In this document: in pieces, positions 25,161 to 37,775 of the stretch
How the letters are laid out: each line of letters opens with the position of its first letter
How positions within the stretch are numbered: position 1 is the stretch's first letter
Assembly: GCA_003971905.1 (NCBI GenBank)
Contig: RSEE01000049.1
Location: 434,001-498,000 of the forward strand
Length of the DNA: 64,000 nt
Direction of reading: 5' to 3'
Source of the DNA: Moniliella sp. 'wahieum'
Taxonomy: Eukaryota
Made by a program: the position numbers and the translations under genes
The notes under the pieces: model-generated
The model's input: the letters and a program-made list of their open reading frames with translations, nothing else
Databases searched by the model: none
What the model was told of the DNA's origin: nothing

Positions 25161-25955
25161 CTTGCCCAGAGGCTCATGGGCGACAGCAACTGGCTCACAC
25201 GCGGGCGAAGCAAGGTGTTCCGCTGGCTCGCTGGCACCCGAGCCGGGAAAGGCTCGTCAACGAGTGGTGCTGCAGCCAGAGGTATGCCAGCACGATCACG
25301 AGGGCAATCCACATGCTTGGGGCCAGACACGACCACACCTTGGGGCTCTCTGATACAGTCCGCTGGGTCGAGGAGCATGTCACGCATGGCGCGACTTCAG
25401 AGCGACACGCTTGCGAATGTGTTTGGAAGCCTGATCGATCTCGTACAGTTTCCAAGCAAGCCGCACATCACGGAGACACTGGTCCAGTTGCCACCGCAAG
25501 TCATCAATGCTAGAGAAGCAGTGGTTCCTGGTGTAAAAGGCATAGGCAACATAGAAGTCGGTCGGTGTGAGCAAGACGTCTTCGCCGCCATGGTCCTTGC
25601 TGTAGTTGGCAACGAGATTAGCCACCAAGGAGTCCTTGTCTGCAACTGTCGAACCAGGGAGCGGGGAGGCGATGCCACTCATCGGCATACCCCAGTGGCG
25701 AATGGTAGGAATGACTTCCAGGATGAACTTGGCAGCGACGTCCTCGTCAACGTCCGAAAGAACGGCGTTCAGTTTAGCCCAAGCATAAGTCGTGCCCTTG
25801 ATGCGAAAATCCGGCCACTTCGCTGTCGTGCCAGGGGCTATCCCGACTTGGGAGTTGGGGTCAAACTCGCCACGACGAACATACGCTTCCACAATGTCGC
25901 GAGGCGAGTAAACCGGGTGCGCAGAATGCGCAGAGGCAGAAGATAAGGGCGACAT
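25133..25955 (-). CDS. Gag-like ORF of the LTR element
   Basis: Starts at the ATG inside the PBS; helical-looking 191-aa ORF followed by a frameshifted remnant resembling a zinc knuckle (WSCLAP / HVDCPR) near 25300-25340. Confidence 0.55.
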
Positions 25956-25959
25956 AACC
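25947..25959 (-). other. Primer-binding site for the internal (anticodon) portion of initiator tRNA-Met
   Basis: Minus strand GGTTATGTCGCCC immediately after the 5' LTR. GGTTATG is complementary to CAUAACC of the tRNAiMet anticodon arm, as in copia/Ty5-type elements. It overlaps the gag ATG. Confidence 0.75.
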
Positions 25960-26312
25960 TGCTAGAGTGCGACTTGGGAGCACTCGCGATCCTATGGATC
26001 AGCTGCAAAGCAGCCTTCAGACAAGGCGTGAAGGCAAAGTGGTGAGCCACAAGTCTTCAAGCAACGTCTCATTGTGAGGAGCAACAGGTCAAGAAAGGAA
26101 GCAGAGGCGTACCTTCAGACAAGGCGTGAAGGCAAAGTGGTGAGCCACAAGTCTTCAAGCAACGTCTGAAGGGAAGGAGAAAGGAGAGAGAGAAGGGAGA
26201 TGGAGCGAGCAGGGCGTGCGCGGCCTGCGAGCGGAACGCTTCCGCTCGGCTAGGCGAGCGTCACCGATCCATTGAGGGCCGCGCAGGAGAACCCTAGCAG
26301 TACCCTCTAACA
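25960..26312 (-). repeat. 5' LTR (353 bp)
   Basis: Second copy of the LTR, directly adjacent to the PBS. Confidence 0.95.
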
Positions 26313-26709
26313 ACAAGGAGCCTTACTTATACTTGTTTATAGAGCTGTGGGGAGAAGAGCGCCAACCAGCTGTGGGATCACATAAAAGTAATGTTTCGTC
26401 GTGGGGCTTTGAGTCAGAGACCTCGCTCGGGTAGGTGAGGTTGTTAAAGCAGGCTTCGAAATGATGGTAGGTACATCGGAGGACATCGTGCGGTGGTATC
26501 ATATGCCGGACAATGTGTGTACTGCGCTATATATACAGACCCCACACCCTAGTTTTGATTAACCCTGTCGGTGCGCGTCATGCATCACACAATCAGTGGT
26601 CGTCACCAATCGCGACCACCGAACGCGTACGTAATCGACCCTCAGCTTTCCTCACTCAATATTCAATGGTCTCGTTTAACGTGCCTCCTCAAGCGCCTCA
26701 TCGCCACCA

Positions 26710-28536
26710 ATGACAGTGTGCAAGTTCTTTCGGCAGGGCAACTGCCGCTTTGGGAACAACTGCCGCTTCGAAGTGAGTCCACCCCTTTTATCACTCCTCG
26801 CACCGCTTCGCTAACCTCTTCCACAGCACCCCCAAGACCTGCAGCCCTCGAGAGGGGGCACGTCCGCCTTCGGCAACACATCTGCTTTTGGCAATACATC
26901 CGCCTTCGGTAACTTGTCCGCTACCTTTGGCCCCGCTGCATCAACCGGCGGAAGGGCTGCAGCTGGCGTCCCCCCATCAAAGTTGGCAAATGGTCTCGCG
27001 GCTGGTGGGCGCGAGGTCGCCAAGTACCCAGATGGCCTAGACTGGAACAACACCCGCAGCGGTCAAATCCAGCTGACGCATGAGATTCTCCAGTCGACTG
27101 TCGCGCCACAGGAGCGGCCACAATGGCCAGCCAGCGGCTTTGCACCAGGAAAATTCGAGCCCAACTTGATCCCTGGACTCGACATGAGTCCCGAGGAGAT
27201 GCGGGTTGCGGCGTATGCCGCACGCAGCGCCGCTAGCATAGCAGGGCAGGACCCTTCAACAGCGGCTTCGGTTGTGGCGGCGCAAGAGAACGAGGCCTTT
27301 AACAAAGTCAATCAAGCCTTAGAAGGAGTCCGGAGGGACATCCCTGGTGCTTTCAAACAGGCCTTGACTAACAGACAAGCTGCCATGGAGGCTGACAAGG
27401 CTCTCCTCCACAAACTTGGTATCCCCATCGTGGGAGAGGGTACATCTGCTCCAGTATCGGCTTTTGGAGGTGGGGCAGCGGCAGGAGGGTCGGCGTTTGG
27501 AACATCTTCGGCATTCGGTCAACCTTCCGGCTTTGGCGCCACCACGCAAGCCGTCAACGTCGGCATTTGGGCAGCCTAGTGCATTTGGTACAACAACAGG
27601 AGGGAGTGGAGTGCCTTCGGCAAGCCCTCTGCATTTGGCCAATCCAGCTCGTTTGGCCAACCTAGTTCTTTTGGTAAGCCAAGCGCCTTTGGAGCAGCGT
27701 CTTCTCAAGGATCAGCTTTTGGCCAGACCAGTGCATTTGGGGCACCAGCCAAGCCTCCTACCGGGACAAGTGCGTTTGGGGCTCCGCCACAACCCACTTC
27801 TGGGGGGAGTGCGTTTGGCCAAACGTCCGCTTTTGGCCAGCCTTCTGCCTTTGGCCAAACCAGTGCTTTTGGTCCCAAGCCATCAGCCGCCCCTCAAGCG
27901 AGCGCATTTGGCCAGACAGGCAACACCAGTGCGTTTGGGCCTCAGTCTGCGCCGAGTGCAAACACGAGTGCCTTTGGTCAACCCAGTGCCTTCGGCCAAC
28001 CCAGTGCCTTTGGTCGATCCAGCGGATTTGGTCAACCTAGCTCATTCGGTCAAACTAGTTCTTTCGGGCAAGCTAGCACCTTCGGCCAAGCCAGTGCACC
28101 TGTAGCCAGCCTGGGGCATTTGGCCAGCCGAGCCAACCTAGCGCGTTTGGCCAGCCAAGTGCATTTGGGACCACCACTGCCCCAGCTAATTCACCATTTG
28201 GCGCGACATCGAACTTCTGCGTTTGGACCGAATGCTAACGCGGTTGGACCGCCTGCTGGCTCTGCCTTTGGAGCGGCCCCTACTCAAGCCACATCAGCTT
28301 TTGGAGCACCCTCTGCTCAAAATACCTCTGCCTTTGGAGCATTCTCTGCTTCTGCCCCTGCTGTCTCATCTGCCCCTACTTCTGCCCCTGCCTCTGCCCC
28401 CGCCCCTGCCCCTGCCCCGGTTTCATTAGGCGAAGACTTGGCCAAGCTCCCGAAGATGGTCCAGGACATTTTCACTGCAGAAGAGTTCGAGTGGGGGAAG
28501 GTTCCAGCGATCGAACCACCTTTGTCAGTACGGTGA
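26710..28536 (+). CDS. NUP42: CCCH zinc-finger FG nucleoporin (Nup42/Amo1/NUPL2 family)
   Basis: MTVCKFFRQGNCRFGNNCRFE|H (CCCH, intron about 26773-26826), DMSPEEMR, many SAFG repeats, C-terminal FEWGKVPAIEPP Gle1-binding-type tail. Confidence 0.88.
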
Positions 28537-30638
28537 TCGCATCATTGATGTAATATCTCGCCTCCTCTCATCCAATAAGCCCTTTCTAGGGCCTTTATAT
28601 GTACGTTTTAATTGGTGAGATGGATGAGCGCATCGCGATGAGCGCTGAGCATGAACATCCTCCTGTAGTGTTAATGATTTGGGCCGAAGAATTCCAACCT
28701 GACGAGTGTTTTCGGGGGAACAGGAGAAACGCTCAACTTCAACTTCGACCCGACCATTTAAGCTCAAGCTCAGATGCAAAAATCAAAGGGCGTCCGGATC
28801 AGTCCGACCCTGTAGTTTTGTTTGCATCCAATATTCGTAGCCGCCTGCTTCCTAACCGCTATGGTCAAGATACCGAGTAGGCCGACTTGTTGTACCTTCC
28901 GTTTAACGTTTAACTTTCAAAAGCAAGCAAAAGCCCTCAGGCCCCAGGCCTCGCTGTACTGGCAGTTCTCTTCCGGGTTCAAGCTTAAAGCTCTTTGAGC
29001 TCACTCGGAAGGGGTTTTCAATCCATTCTGTAGGGTGTGCGTCTCACCTTTTCTTGCTCAGCCGTATTTCCACGTGTCGCTCAGCAACATCAGCGCTCGC
29101 GTTGCCCTTTCTCCGCTGCCCGCCCACTATGATACTACTACGGTAAGCGTGTTTTGCATGGTGGGGTGTGTGGTCTTTCACACGCGCTTCATTACATCCT
29201 GTGCCTGTGCCCCGCTCGGTGGTCATCGGCCATCCCCTATACGCTCTCGCTCCCGGTTTGCTATGCATAACTTTGTCCTCTGTCTCATCCAAGACCAAGG
29301 CCAAGGCCAGAAGGCGGTGGTGAGACATAGGGTCTTTATGGCCTTCGAGAGAGTAATGTGATCGCACTGTGGTGGCGATGTTTGTCGACTGCGGCCAACA
29401 AAAACAAGCGCCTACAGAGGAACAATAAACAGCCAGTCGCCACCAGGGACTAAGCTGCGGAGCAAGGAAAACAGAGGAGGGAAGAGAAAACGACGGAGGA
29501 ATTCTTAGAAGCCTGAGGCCTGAGAGGAGGGGGACTGGAGCGACGTTGGCCGAACACTCGAGCCACCCACGACGGGTCAATAGGCAATCATACGGATAGA
29601 TACGAATAAGGAGAAGAAAGGTCGTCAACCCGACTGTTTATTATGAAAAAAGTGTCCGAAGAGAGAGTATGCCAGAACCACCTGTCTTTTGGCTGGTGTG
29701 CCCAAGCTAAGAGGCTCGAATTTGTTCCATCTCTCTTCCCTTGCACTGGCATCGCGACCATGAATCCCATTCTCATTTCCGACGGTACGGATGTAATTGT
29801 TAGGGTGTTTGGACGAAGCAGCATGGTGCGTGCCACCCTAATGGCCAGCATTGCGTCAACCGACGGAATGATTACCGCGTTCGTCAAGCCCTATATATAG
29901 GTGTCGGAGATGCGGCTCCAGCCCAGCGGCTGCGGCTGCAGGAAAGGAGCCCAGCCTCCAGATGGTCCCTAGCAATTGGCCACGGCTACTCCGCCCGCTT
30001 ACCATCTATTGGAGTCGAAGCCCCATTCAATGGGAAGCATGTCAAGTGTGATCATCATAGATGAGTGAATGGGCGATTGGTTGCTGCGACGGTTGAGCAA
30101 AGACCGGTCGACCGCGGTTGGGGGACGATAACGACTTGGGAAAAATGCGCAGGGATAAGGAACCCTTGTGCGGCACTTTTCCAAGTTCCGACTATCAGCT
30201 TGGGGCTAAGAGTTACAATCACTATGAGGCCCATGGAGAAAATCACAAATGTATGTGATGCTTTTGTTTGCCGAGTTGGAAATCTGCCCTACCAGAATTG
30301 TAGCCGATCGGAGCTTCAAGCTTCACCGAAGGAGTAGGAACCGGCCAAGCCAAAAACACTGAAGCCTCGCGAGGAAGAGTGGGGTTCAGTACGTTCATGC
30401 GTCCATTGCAAGAACGAAGGGATGCATCGTGACAGAAAGGATGCAGCGTGACAGAAAGGATACAACGTATAGTGCAAACGTCTAACATGTAACACATGTA
30501 ATTCGCAGCCGAGTAGCTGGATTCCATCTGCTATTTGAGTGGCGAGAGTGTAACATGTAAAGCCCTGTCCCAACAAACAGCCGAAGATTTGTAACACATA
30601 CGCAAAGCCGCGCGCTCTGTTTACAGGTCGCCTTGTAG

Positions 30639-30683
30639 TGAAGCTTGAAGCTTGAAGCTTGAAGCTTGAAGCTTGAAGCTTGA
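30639..30683. repeat. (TGAAGCT)6 TGA heptamer array
   Basis: Perfect 7-bp tandem repeat read directly from the sequence. Confidence 0.95.
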
Positions 30684-31549
30684 AGGGGCACGCTCTACTG
30701 TGGGTTGAACCGGGACTTTCATCCATTTTTCGCTCTCTTTCTTCTTCTTCCTATAGTAAGTACTAGCCTCTGCTTGATCATAGCTGCCACAATGGAGTTG
30801 CGGGGACCTCTCTGAGGCCAGAGCGCCGGGAGCCAAAAACTCCCTCCCCACCCCCACATTGTCTTCGTAGTCTATGAAGTGGCGCAAAACGAAGGCCGAG
30901 GCCCCCCGGCCGGGGGACACACTAACCATCGGGAAATGACCCGGTGATGCATCGGCGAAAAGGGACGCTGAGTACCTGAGTACCTGAGTAACCCATGTGC
31001 AGCGGACATGCCACACTGGGGTAGCAATGTCATGTCAAATTTCACTAGTCCAAGGTCGAGGATGGCCGAGGATGGCCGAGATGCAACCCCAGACTAACCC
31101 CCAACCATGACGTTTAAAATTTAACGTTTGACGTTTAACGTTTAACATCGCACGTGAATACGTGAAAAGGAACGCTGCTATACGCATGATGGGTGATGCA
31201 TGCCGCATGCCGCGTGACATGTGACAGCGTTTTTACGCTCAGGCCGTGGCGCGATTATACGTCGACGCAGGCACACGCGACGGGAAAAGCGGGGCAGCTG
31301 ACGCTGGCCAGTGCCACCGGCCGCTACGCGCCACTGCGCCCTACGACGCGCAGTGGAGTACTGAGACTGTTTTTTAACTCAGTACTGAGTACCAGAGAAA
31401 CAGGCATATTGCTAAGCGGGGAGCGGCATCAACGTCAACGTTCAACCCTATCAGGCCTTTTAAGAAAGGTGGAAGAGCGCATTGGCCACTATAGCATCTT
31501 TCTTTCGCGCCGCACCAACTCCTGAGCGTTTCCCTGGCGATCCCTCCTT

Positions 31550-32602
31550 ATGGCTTCAGCAACGACCACTCAAGTCGATGTCATTCCTGCCCTTGGCGGC
31601 AGCAGGCCCCTCTCAGGCGCCCCAAACCTGCGCTCACCTTTCCGGGGTTGGACCCGGTGGAGCAGACCCTTTTCCGTCAGCGGCGCTTTGGCTTTATGCG
31701 GAGTGTATACGAGAACACCAAGGGGAAATCCATGGGCATGACTGTGGCGGCGCTCTGTTTGTATGCGGGCATTAACCGCTTGCCCTCCTTGATTCGCCCA
31801 TTCTATGACTTGGTCGAGTCCTACCCCCCCGCGGTTTCCTTTGTGGCCACCCTGTATACCTCTGCAATTATCTCACAAATGACAATCGGAAGCATTTTTG
31901 CGTACCTGGACTATGCCAAACCCAAGTGGATCCAGAGATACCGGGTTCAAGCACTGAAGGACCCGACGCTGAAGGACTATCTCCACATCCAACCCACCAT
32001 GCTGACCAATCTACTCTTCTGGAACTTGGCGTTTTCCGTGACCATGGCCCCGGTCTTGATTTGGCGTGGCAACCAGTTGTCGTATGACACGATCCCTTCC
32101 ATTTCCAGGGCAGTGTTTGACCTGATCGTAAGCGCGTTGGTGACCGAGGTGGGTTTACTATATTCACACGGACGCTGCACCACCGCAAGATCTACAAGTA
32201 CATCCACAAGCAGCACCATGAATACACGGCGCCCTTTGCCTGGGCCGCAACGTATGCCCATCCGATTGAGCACATTTGTCTAATTTGGTCCCGCCGCTGG
32301 CCGGGGTAGCCCTGTGTGGGTCCCATCTGAGTGTTGCGCTCATGGTATTTAACCTGCTTATCGTCCACACCCACTTTGACCACTCTGGTTACAATATCCC
32401 CTTTTTCAGCTCCTCTCTCCAGCATGACTGGCACCACTACCTCACCAGCGAGAACTATGGTCCTTTGGGCTTGCTTGATACGTTCCACCACACCAACACC
32501 CAGTTTAAGGCTTGGATGTCTCATGTCCACAAGGCTTTCAATGGCGACACGGATGCTGCTGAGCGGTTCGCAGCCAATGCCATTGCTGAGCGCACCGGTT
32601 AG
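31550..32602 (+). CDS. Fatty-acid hydroxylase/sterol desaturase superfamily protein (FAXDC2-like)
   Basis: Histidine boxes: [49 protein letters not shown]. Confidence 0.88.
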
Positions 32603-33044
32603 CTGTTGTTGCTTTTTGCTGTGCTCCACACCACTTCACCTATTTTTTTTCTTTTTTTTTCTCCTTCCTGTTTTTGTCTCTATTTTATCGCGCTTTTGTA
32701 AATTTACCTCCATCAGCTTCAAATATCTGAGCGACCACATACACAGTCGTAGGTCGCTTTGCCAGAGTCTACCCGCGACTCCGCATGGTGTGTCTTCATC
32801 GAGTTTGCGGGAGTTTCGATTATCGTCAAGCGGCAGAATATGAACAGCTGAATTGGATCCAATCTGCCTGGAGCGGTGCAGCGGAATGAGAATGGCCAAG
32901 GCATGCTCTCATTCCGCCTCCCAGTAGGCCAGTGCGGAGAAAGAAATAAAAATTCAACTCGCAAGGACCATTTTTCGCTCGCTCTTCCCATCGTCTCCAT
33001 CCCATTCTACCCCTACCTTCCCTTTCTTCCCACTAAATCCCAAC

Positions 33045-33731
33045 ATGTCGTTCCGTGGTGGCCGTGGTGGCTTTGGTGATCGCGGAGGTCGGGGTGGTTT
33101 CCGTGGTGGCCGCGGTGGCGCTCGCCCCTTTAACGCTGGCCCGCCTGACACCGTTCAAGAGATGGGCAGTTTCGTCCATGCCGTTGGGGGAAATGCTCTG
33201 CGCCTCGACGGACGCAAAGCATGTGCCTTACTTCAACGCCCCCATCTAGTATGTATTTTCAAGTCCTCACTGGTCACACCTATGGGGTTATCTGACACTT
33301 CCTTCCCAGCTTGCAAAACAAGTCCCAGATCGGCAAGGTGGATGAGATTCTGGGTCCCATCAACGAGGTCTTCTTCACAGTCAAGATGGACCCGGGCATG
33401 GTCGCCTCTTCCTTCAAAGCCGATGACAAGGTCTATATTGGCGGTGACCGGCTCCTTCCCATCGAGCGATTCCTTCCCAAGCCCAAAGCGCCTAAGGCGC
33501 CCAAGAAGAAATCGGGCGCTCAACGCGGTGGCTTTGGCGAGGGCGCGGCGCCCCGCGTGGGCGCGGTGGCTTCGGCGGCGCGGTGGGCGGTGGTGGAGTG
33601 TGGGGTTTTCGGCCCGTGGCGGTGCTGGTGGCCGGGGCGGGTTTGGCGCGCCTCGTGGTGGACGCGGAGGTGGATTCGGCGGGCGTGGAGGCGGCCGCGG
33701 CGGTTTCCGGGGTGGTCGTGGAGGGTATTGA
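33045..33731 (+). CDS. GAR1: H/ACA snoRNP subunit Gar1
   Basis: RGG-rich termini; [54 protein letters not shown]; intron about 33249-33309. Confidence 0.96.
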   Translation: MSFRGGRGGFGDRGGRGGFRGGRGGARPFNAGPPDTVQEMGSFVHAVGGNALRLDGRKACALLQRPHLVCIFKSSLVTPMGLSDTSFPACKTSPRSARWMRFWVPSTRSSSQSRWTRAWSPLPSKPMTRSILAVTGSFPSSDSFPSPKRLRRPRRNRALNAVALARARRPAWARWLRRRGGRWWSVGFSARGGAGGRGGFGAPRGGRGGGFGGRGGGRGGFRGGRGGY

Positions 33732-34060
33732 ACATGCAACGTCCTTGTGTTTGTGTCCCTTAGCCTCTCATCACTATGATGCATCTCGAGCTCCCCCGCT
33801 GCCCTCAGACCCGTCTGTTTGCATACAGATCGCAAACACAGCAGTGTTGGCCACTTGCTGACCCCGTGTAATCGCATTGAAGGCGGGTGGATTGGCTGCA
33901 AGGCCAGTTAGCCTAGTGCACCCGCAAGCGGTTGGTTCATTTGGGACCACAAAAGAATAACGCCTGCTGCACGCAACGACTTACGAGGCACTAGATTCTG
34001 TTCTCGTTGTAATCGTATCTATCCGTCTTTGATTTGGGCAGTGACTCGATGAACGGAGGG

Positions 34061-34199
34061 ATGGGGGAGGGAGGAGAAGGAGAAGGAGGAGGAGAAGGAG
34101 AAGGAGGAGGAGAAGGAGGAGAAGGAGGAGAAGGAGGAGAAGGAGGAGAAGGAGGAGAAGGAGAAGAGGGAGAGGAGGAGAGGAGAGGGAGGAGAGGGA
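34061..34199. repeat. Polypurine (GGA/GAA) microsatellite tract
   Basis: About 135 nt of almost pure G/A, (GGAGAAGGA)n. Confidence 0.9.
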
Positions 34200-35558
34200 C
34201 CAGGGGAGCAGGGGCGCAGGCTCAGCGCTCAGAGCCCTCCGAAGTTGGTCTGATTAGTATGTTAGCTTGGCCGTCATAGTACTCGCGCGTAGGGTCGTCA
34301 TGGCCAGGGGAAGAAGGAAGCGAAGGCTCTGAATGCGTCCCAGTGGCACTTGCCGTTTTTGTCGCAGTCCGCTTGCTCTCGAAGTCGATACAGCTCCTTC
34401 TCCCGGCGTTGGCAGACGTTGCCGTCGCCTCGTGTGCCTTCTGGCAAGGCTTGTACGGGTTACAGGCCTCTCAGATCTCACTGATCATTCGTGCCCGAGT
34501 CCCTCGGTGTGTGTGGCCCGCTTCCGTACAACATTCGGCATCGTCTGTTTCTCCCTCTTTGCATCCTCCTTCTCGAGCTCTGCAGCGAATTGCTGCCGAG
34601 CAGGTAGGTGTGTGCTTGGGCCTAGAGCTGGGGCACCTGAGGATCTTTCAGCCTCAGAAACCTCCAGCACAGCATCCTGGATGCGTGGACTACTAACTAC
34701 AGACGGGACAGAGCGCACATGCTTGAGGCCGTGCATCCCTTGCACAGCACACACGGCTGCCTCTTGCAGCAGGCACCTGGAAGCGCACGTAAGCCACGTA
34801 AGCGGAATTGAGCAGCTCAGCGTCGCCGCGCTGCAGCTGAGGCTCAGCCCTACGGCCGGCCGACTTGGCGATCTTGGCATCGCACCAGTGCGTACGTACA
34901 CAGCGCCTCGGGCATCCGACCACTCTTGCCTGTACCACACACGCCCACCACCGCAGTCCGCTTCCTGAAGGCGGACCGTCAGCCTTCAGCGCTTCACCTG
35001 GGGCTCCGGCCCGCTGAGGCCGGCACTGAGGCACTGAGTGAGTACTGAGGGAGGCCGGATGCGTGGTGCATGATGGGCGATGCATGATGTGGGGTGCTGA
35101 TCGGCAGCCACCGAGACAGAGGGTCGGTGTGGGGGCAGTGTGTGTTGGATTTTGCAGCGTCTAGGACCCGGTGCCGCGCGAGGGCCCGCTGTGCTGGTCG
35201 TGGGCACACAGCCGTACTGCTGCGCACATCCCCTCTCGTAGAGCTTAAAGCCAGCATCCTTCTGCCACGCGCGTGGCATTCGTGTACTGCACTGCCCCGT
35301 GCTTGATCACATCCCTCGGTGCAGAATAACGGACTGGCCCTGTGCCTGTCTTCACCCACCGCAGTCGTCATGCATCGCGATCTAGCTTGCTGGGCGCTGG
35401 CCTCGCCCAGCCAAGCTGCCAGCTTCAAGCTTCACCTCCCCTCGCTTTGGACCCACCCGAAACCACCCACCGTCTTGCTTGTCTCGCATCTTCCTCCCCC
35501 TCTCCATCAATCTCCTACCCCCTGCTCATTTCCTCGCTCGAACGACACTCTTTTGGCC

Positions 35559-36447
35559 ATGCGCTCCTTCACTGCCCTTGCCGTTGTCGCCGCTGCAATT
35601 GCGTCCCCTGCCATCGCTGCTCACGGCGAATCAGGCTCCCGCTTTGCCCTCCACCGCCGTGGCGCTATGACGCTCACCGCTCCCGCTCCTGGCGATGTGT
35701 TCAACGAGGACGCTACCTGCACCGTGCGTCTCTCTTTTGCTCTTTACCGCATGGCATGCTGACAGTCTCTAGGTGAGCTGGGACCCCGACACGTCGGGTT
35801 CCAAGAAATGGAAGTCCTTCACCCTTGACCTCTACACTGGTTCCAACCTGGCTATGCAGAAACTTACCAACGTCGCTACCGGGCTCGATGGCACTTCTTC
35901 CGGCCCGGGTAAGTACTCGTGGACCTGCCCTCAAGTTACACCCAACTCGGCCATCTACTTTTACCAGGCCACCGTTGATGGTACCAAGAGCCCCCAGTGG
36001 ACTACCCGCTTCGCCATTGCCGACTCCACCGGAAAGACCACGCCGCCTGAGCATGACAACCAGCCCACCCCGGTCACCCCTGCCGTGCCTTGGGGCAAGG
36101 GCACGCTCGTGTCGGGTGGGGCTGCGGGTGCGGGCTCGGGCTCGTCGGGTAAGGCAGCCTCATCGTCAGCTGCGTCGGAAAGCTCGTCTTCCTCCCCCTC
36201 TGAATCTTCTTCTTCTTCTCTGCCTCGGGTTCTCCTCGGCCGCGTCCCAGCACGGCGCTGCCACCTCGTCGGCACTGCAGCAAGATGGCTCTACTGCTGC
36301 TGCGGCGTCGAGCGAGGCGAAAGCCACGGCATCGGCCGGGGAGGGCGCAGCTGCCAAGAGCTCCTCCACTTCGCCCGCCGGCCACATCAGTTCGGGTGCG
36401 GTACTGGCTGTGGCTGGTGCTGTGGAGTGGTGGCAGCCATTCTTTGA
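35559..36447 (+). CDS. Kre9/Knh1-like N-terminal domain, Ser/Thr-rich GPI-anchored cell-surface protein
   Basis: Signal peptide MRSFTALAVVAAAIA; PAPGDVFNE...C...W, WKSFTLDLYTGSNLAM, YSWTCPQVTPNSAIYFYQ, WTTRFAI; S/A-rich stalk and hydrophobic tail; intron 35724-35772. Confidence 0.85.
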
Positions 36448-37775
36448 TTCGAAGAAGCATTGTGCAAGTTCGATTTTTGGTACGAGGCGATCCCTAGCTC
36501 CCTGCCTCTTGTTTCCTATCTCTCTTCCCCTCCTCCATCACCTACCGGCTGGCCTGTTAGTTCTCCAAAGCAACCCAGTAGCGCGAGGCCGCCAATGCCT
36601 CTTCCCCCTCACTTTTTCTTTGCCTCGTTGCAACATACTTTTATTACCCGATTCGCGCTTTGTCGTTATATCGAGCATATTGTGCTTGTGCAGTTATGGT
36701 TTAGTTGCCCTTCTCCTTGTTACGTTTCTTGCCGGTGGGTGTGACTGGGTGGATAGGCCTCATAGGTCTTCCAGGAACGGACCAAGGGTGAAGGAGAGGG
36801 TTCAAGTCGGGTAAAATGGACATGCTTTTTCGTCCACTACAGTGGTAGTAGGGTGCGTCTACACTCCCGATGCTGTGGATGCATGTGGCTGTGGAAGAAA
36901 TAGACCCTTTGGCATGCAGTGCATGTATAATGACAAAACAATGGGCGCTTCCGTAGCTGTGGTGGATCGCCCAATCTTGCTTGGTGAACCATGTAGCCCA
37001 CGGCTACTAAGTATGACAGCACATGAAAGGATGGGTACGCCTTGTGTGGGCCAAAAGTCCGTGGCGGTGGGGGTAAATATGAGCATCTCTTTGCTTCAGT
37101 GTGTTCTCGCCTCCATCATACACATGCCCCTGCTATCAGTATATCACAGAACTCAAGGTGTAACAGGCTGTGTACCACGGACCGATCTTCCGTCCACAGG
37201 GCACAGAGAGTGCTGGAGTAACCCTAACCCTAGAGTTCCACAAATGAGAGTTCCACAAAGGAGAGTTCCACAGTAAGATCTCGGGATACTCAGAACGTAC
37301 CACCTTGCATGGGTGTTGCAGCCGTCTTCCTCCTCTTTAATCATCAGGCTGCTTCAATGTCCCTATTGGGCAGGACTTCCAGTGGTCTCATGCATCATGG
37401 ATGCACACCTCATCACGAAACCTAACTTCAACGAAGGGACTGCGCTACAGGGGCTGCATACACGTATTAACGCCATGCAATCAGATCACTTTGGAGGCAC
37501 GGTACATAGCTACAATACAAGTGGTGCTGCAGTGGTGCGGAAATGGGCATGCAATCTTTTTGACATCGACAGCATCGGAACAAAGGGAGATAAAAAGCAA
37601 GGGCTGCAGCGAAAAGCAAAAGGGCAGCAGCGAAAAGCAAGGAATTAATGCAAGTGAGAAACTAGACAAGCACCCAAACAAGGCAGCTAAGGCAAGGCAA
37701 GGCAAGGTGAATCGCAGGTTGGGTCCGCTTCAGGCTGAGAGCTGAGAGCGGAGAGGCGATCCGTCACGGTAAGCT

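Larger units (their letters stand above)
21713..26312 (-). mobile_element. Non-autonomous copia-type LTR retroelement (gag only, no pol detected)
   Basis: Near-identical direct repeats 21713-22063 and 25960-26312 with TG..CA ends; 5-bp TSD ACAAG (21708-21712 and 26313-26317); PBS GGTTATG.. and PPT GAGGGGGC on the minus strand. Confidence 0.95.

Noticed and set aside
28900..30600. Short ORFs in gene-poor intervals (also 34250-34940, 36840-37700, 47000-48120)
   Set aside because: No motif, consistent strand or clear coding bias that I can support.
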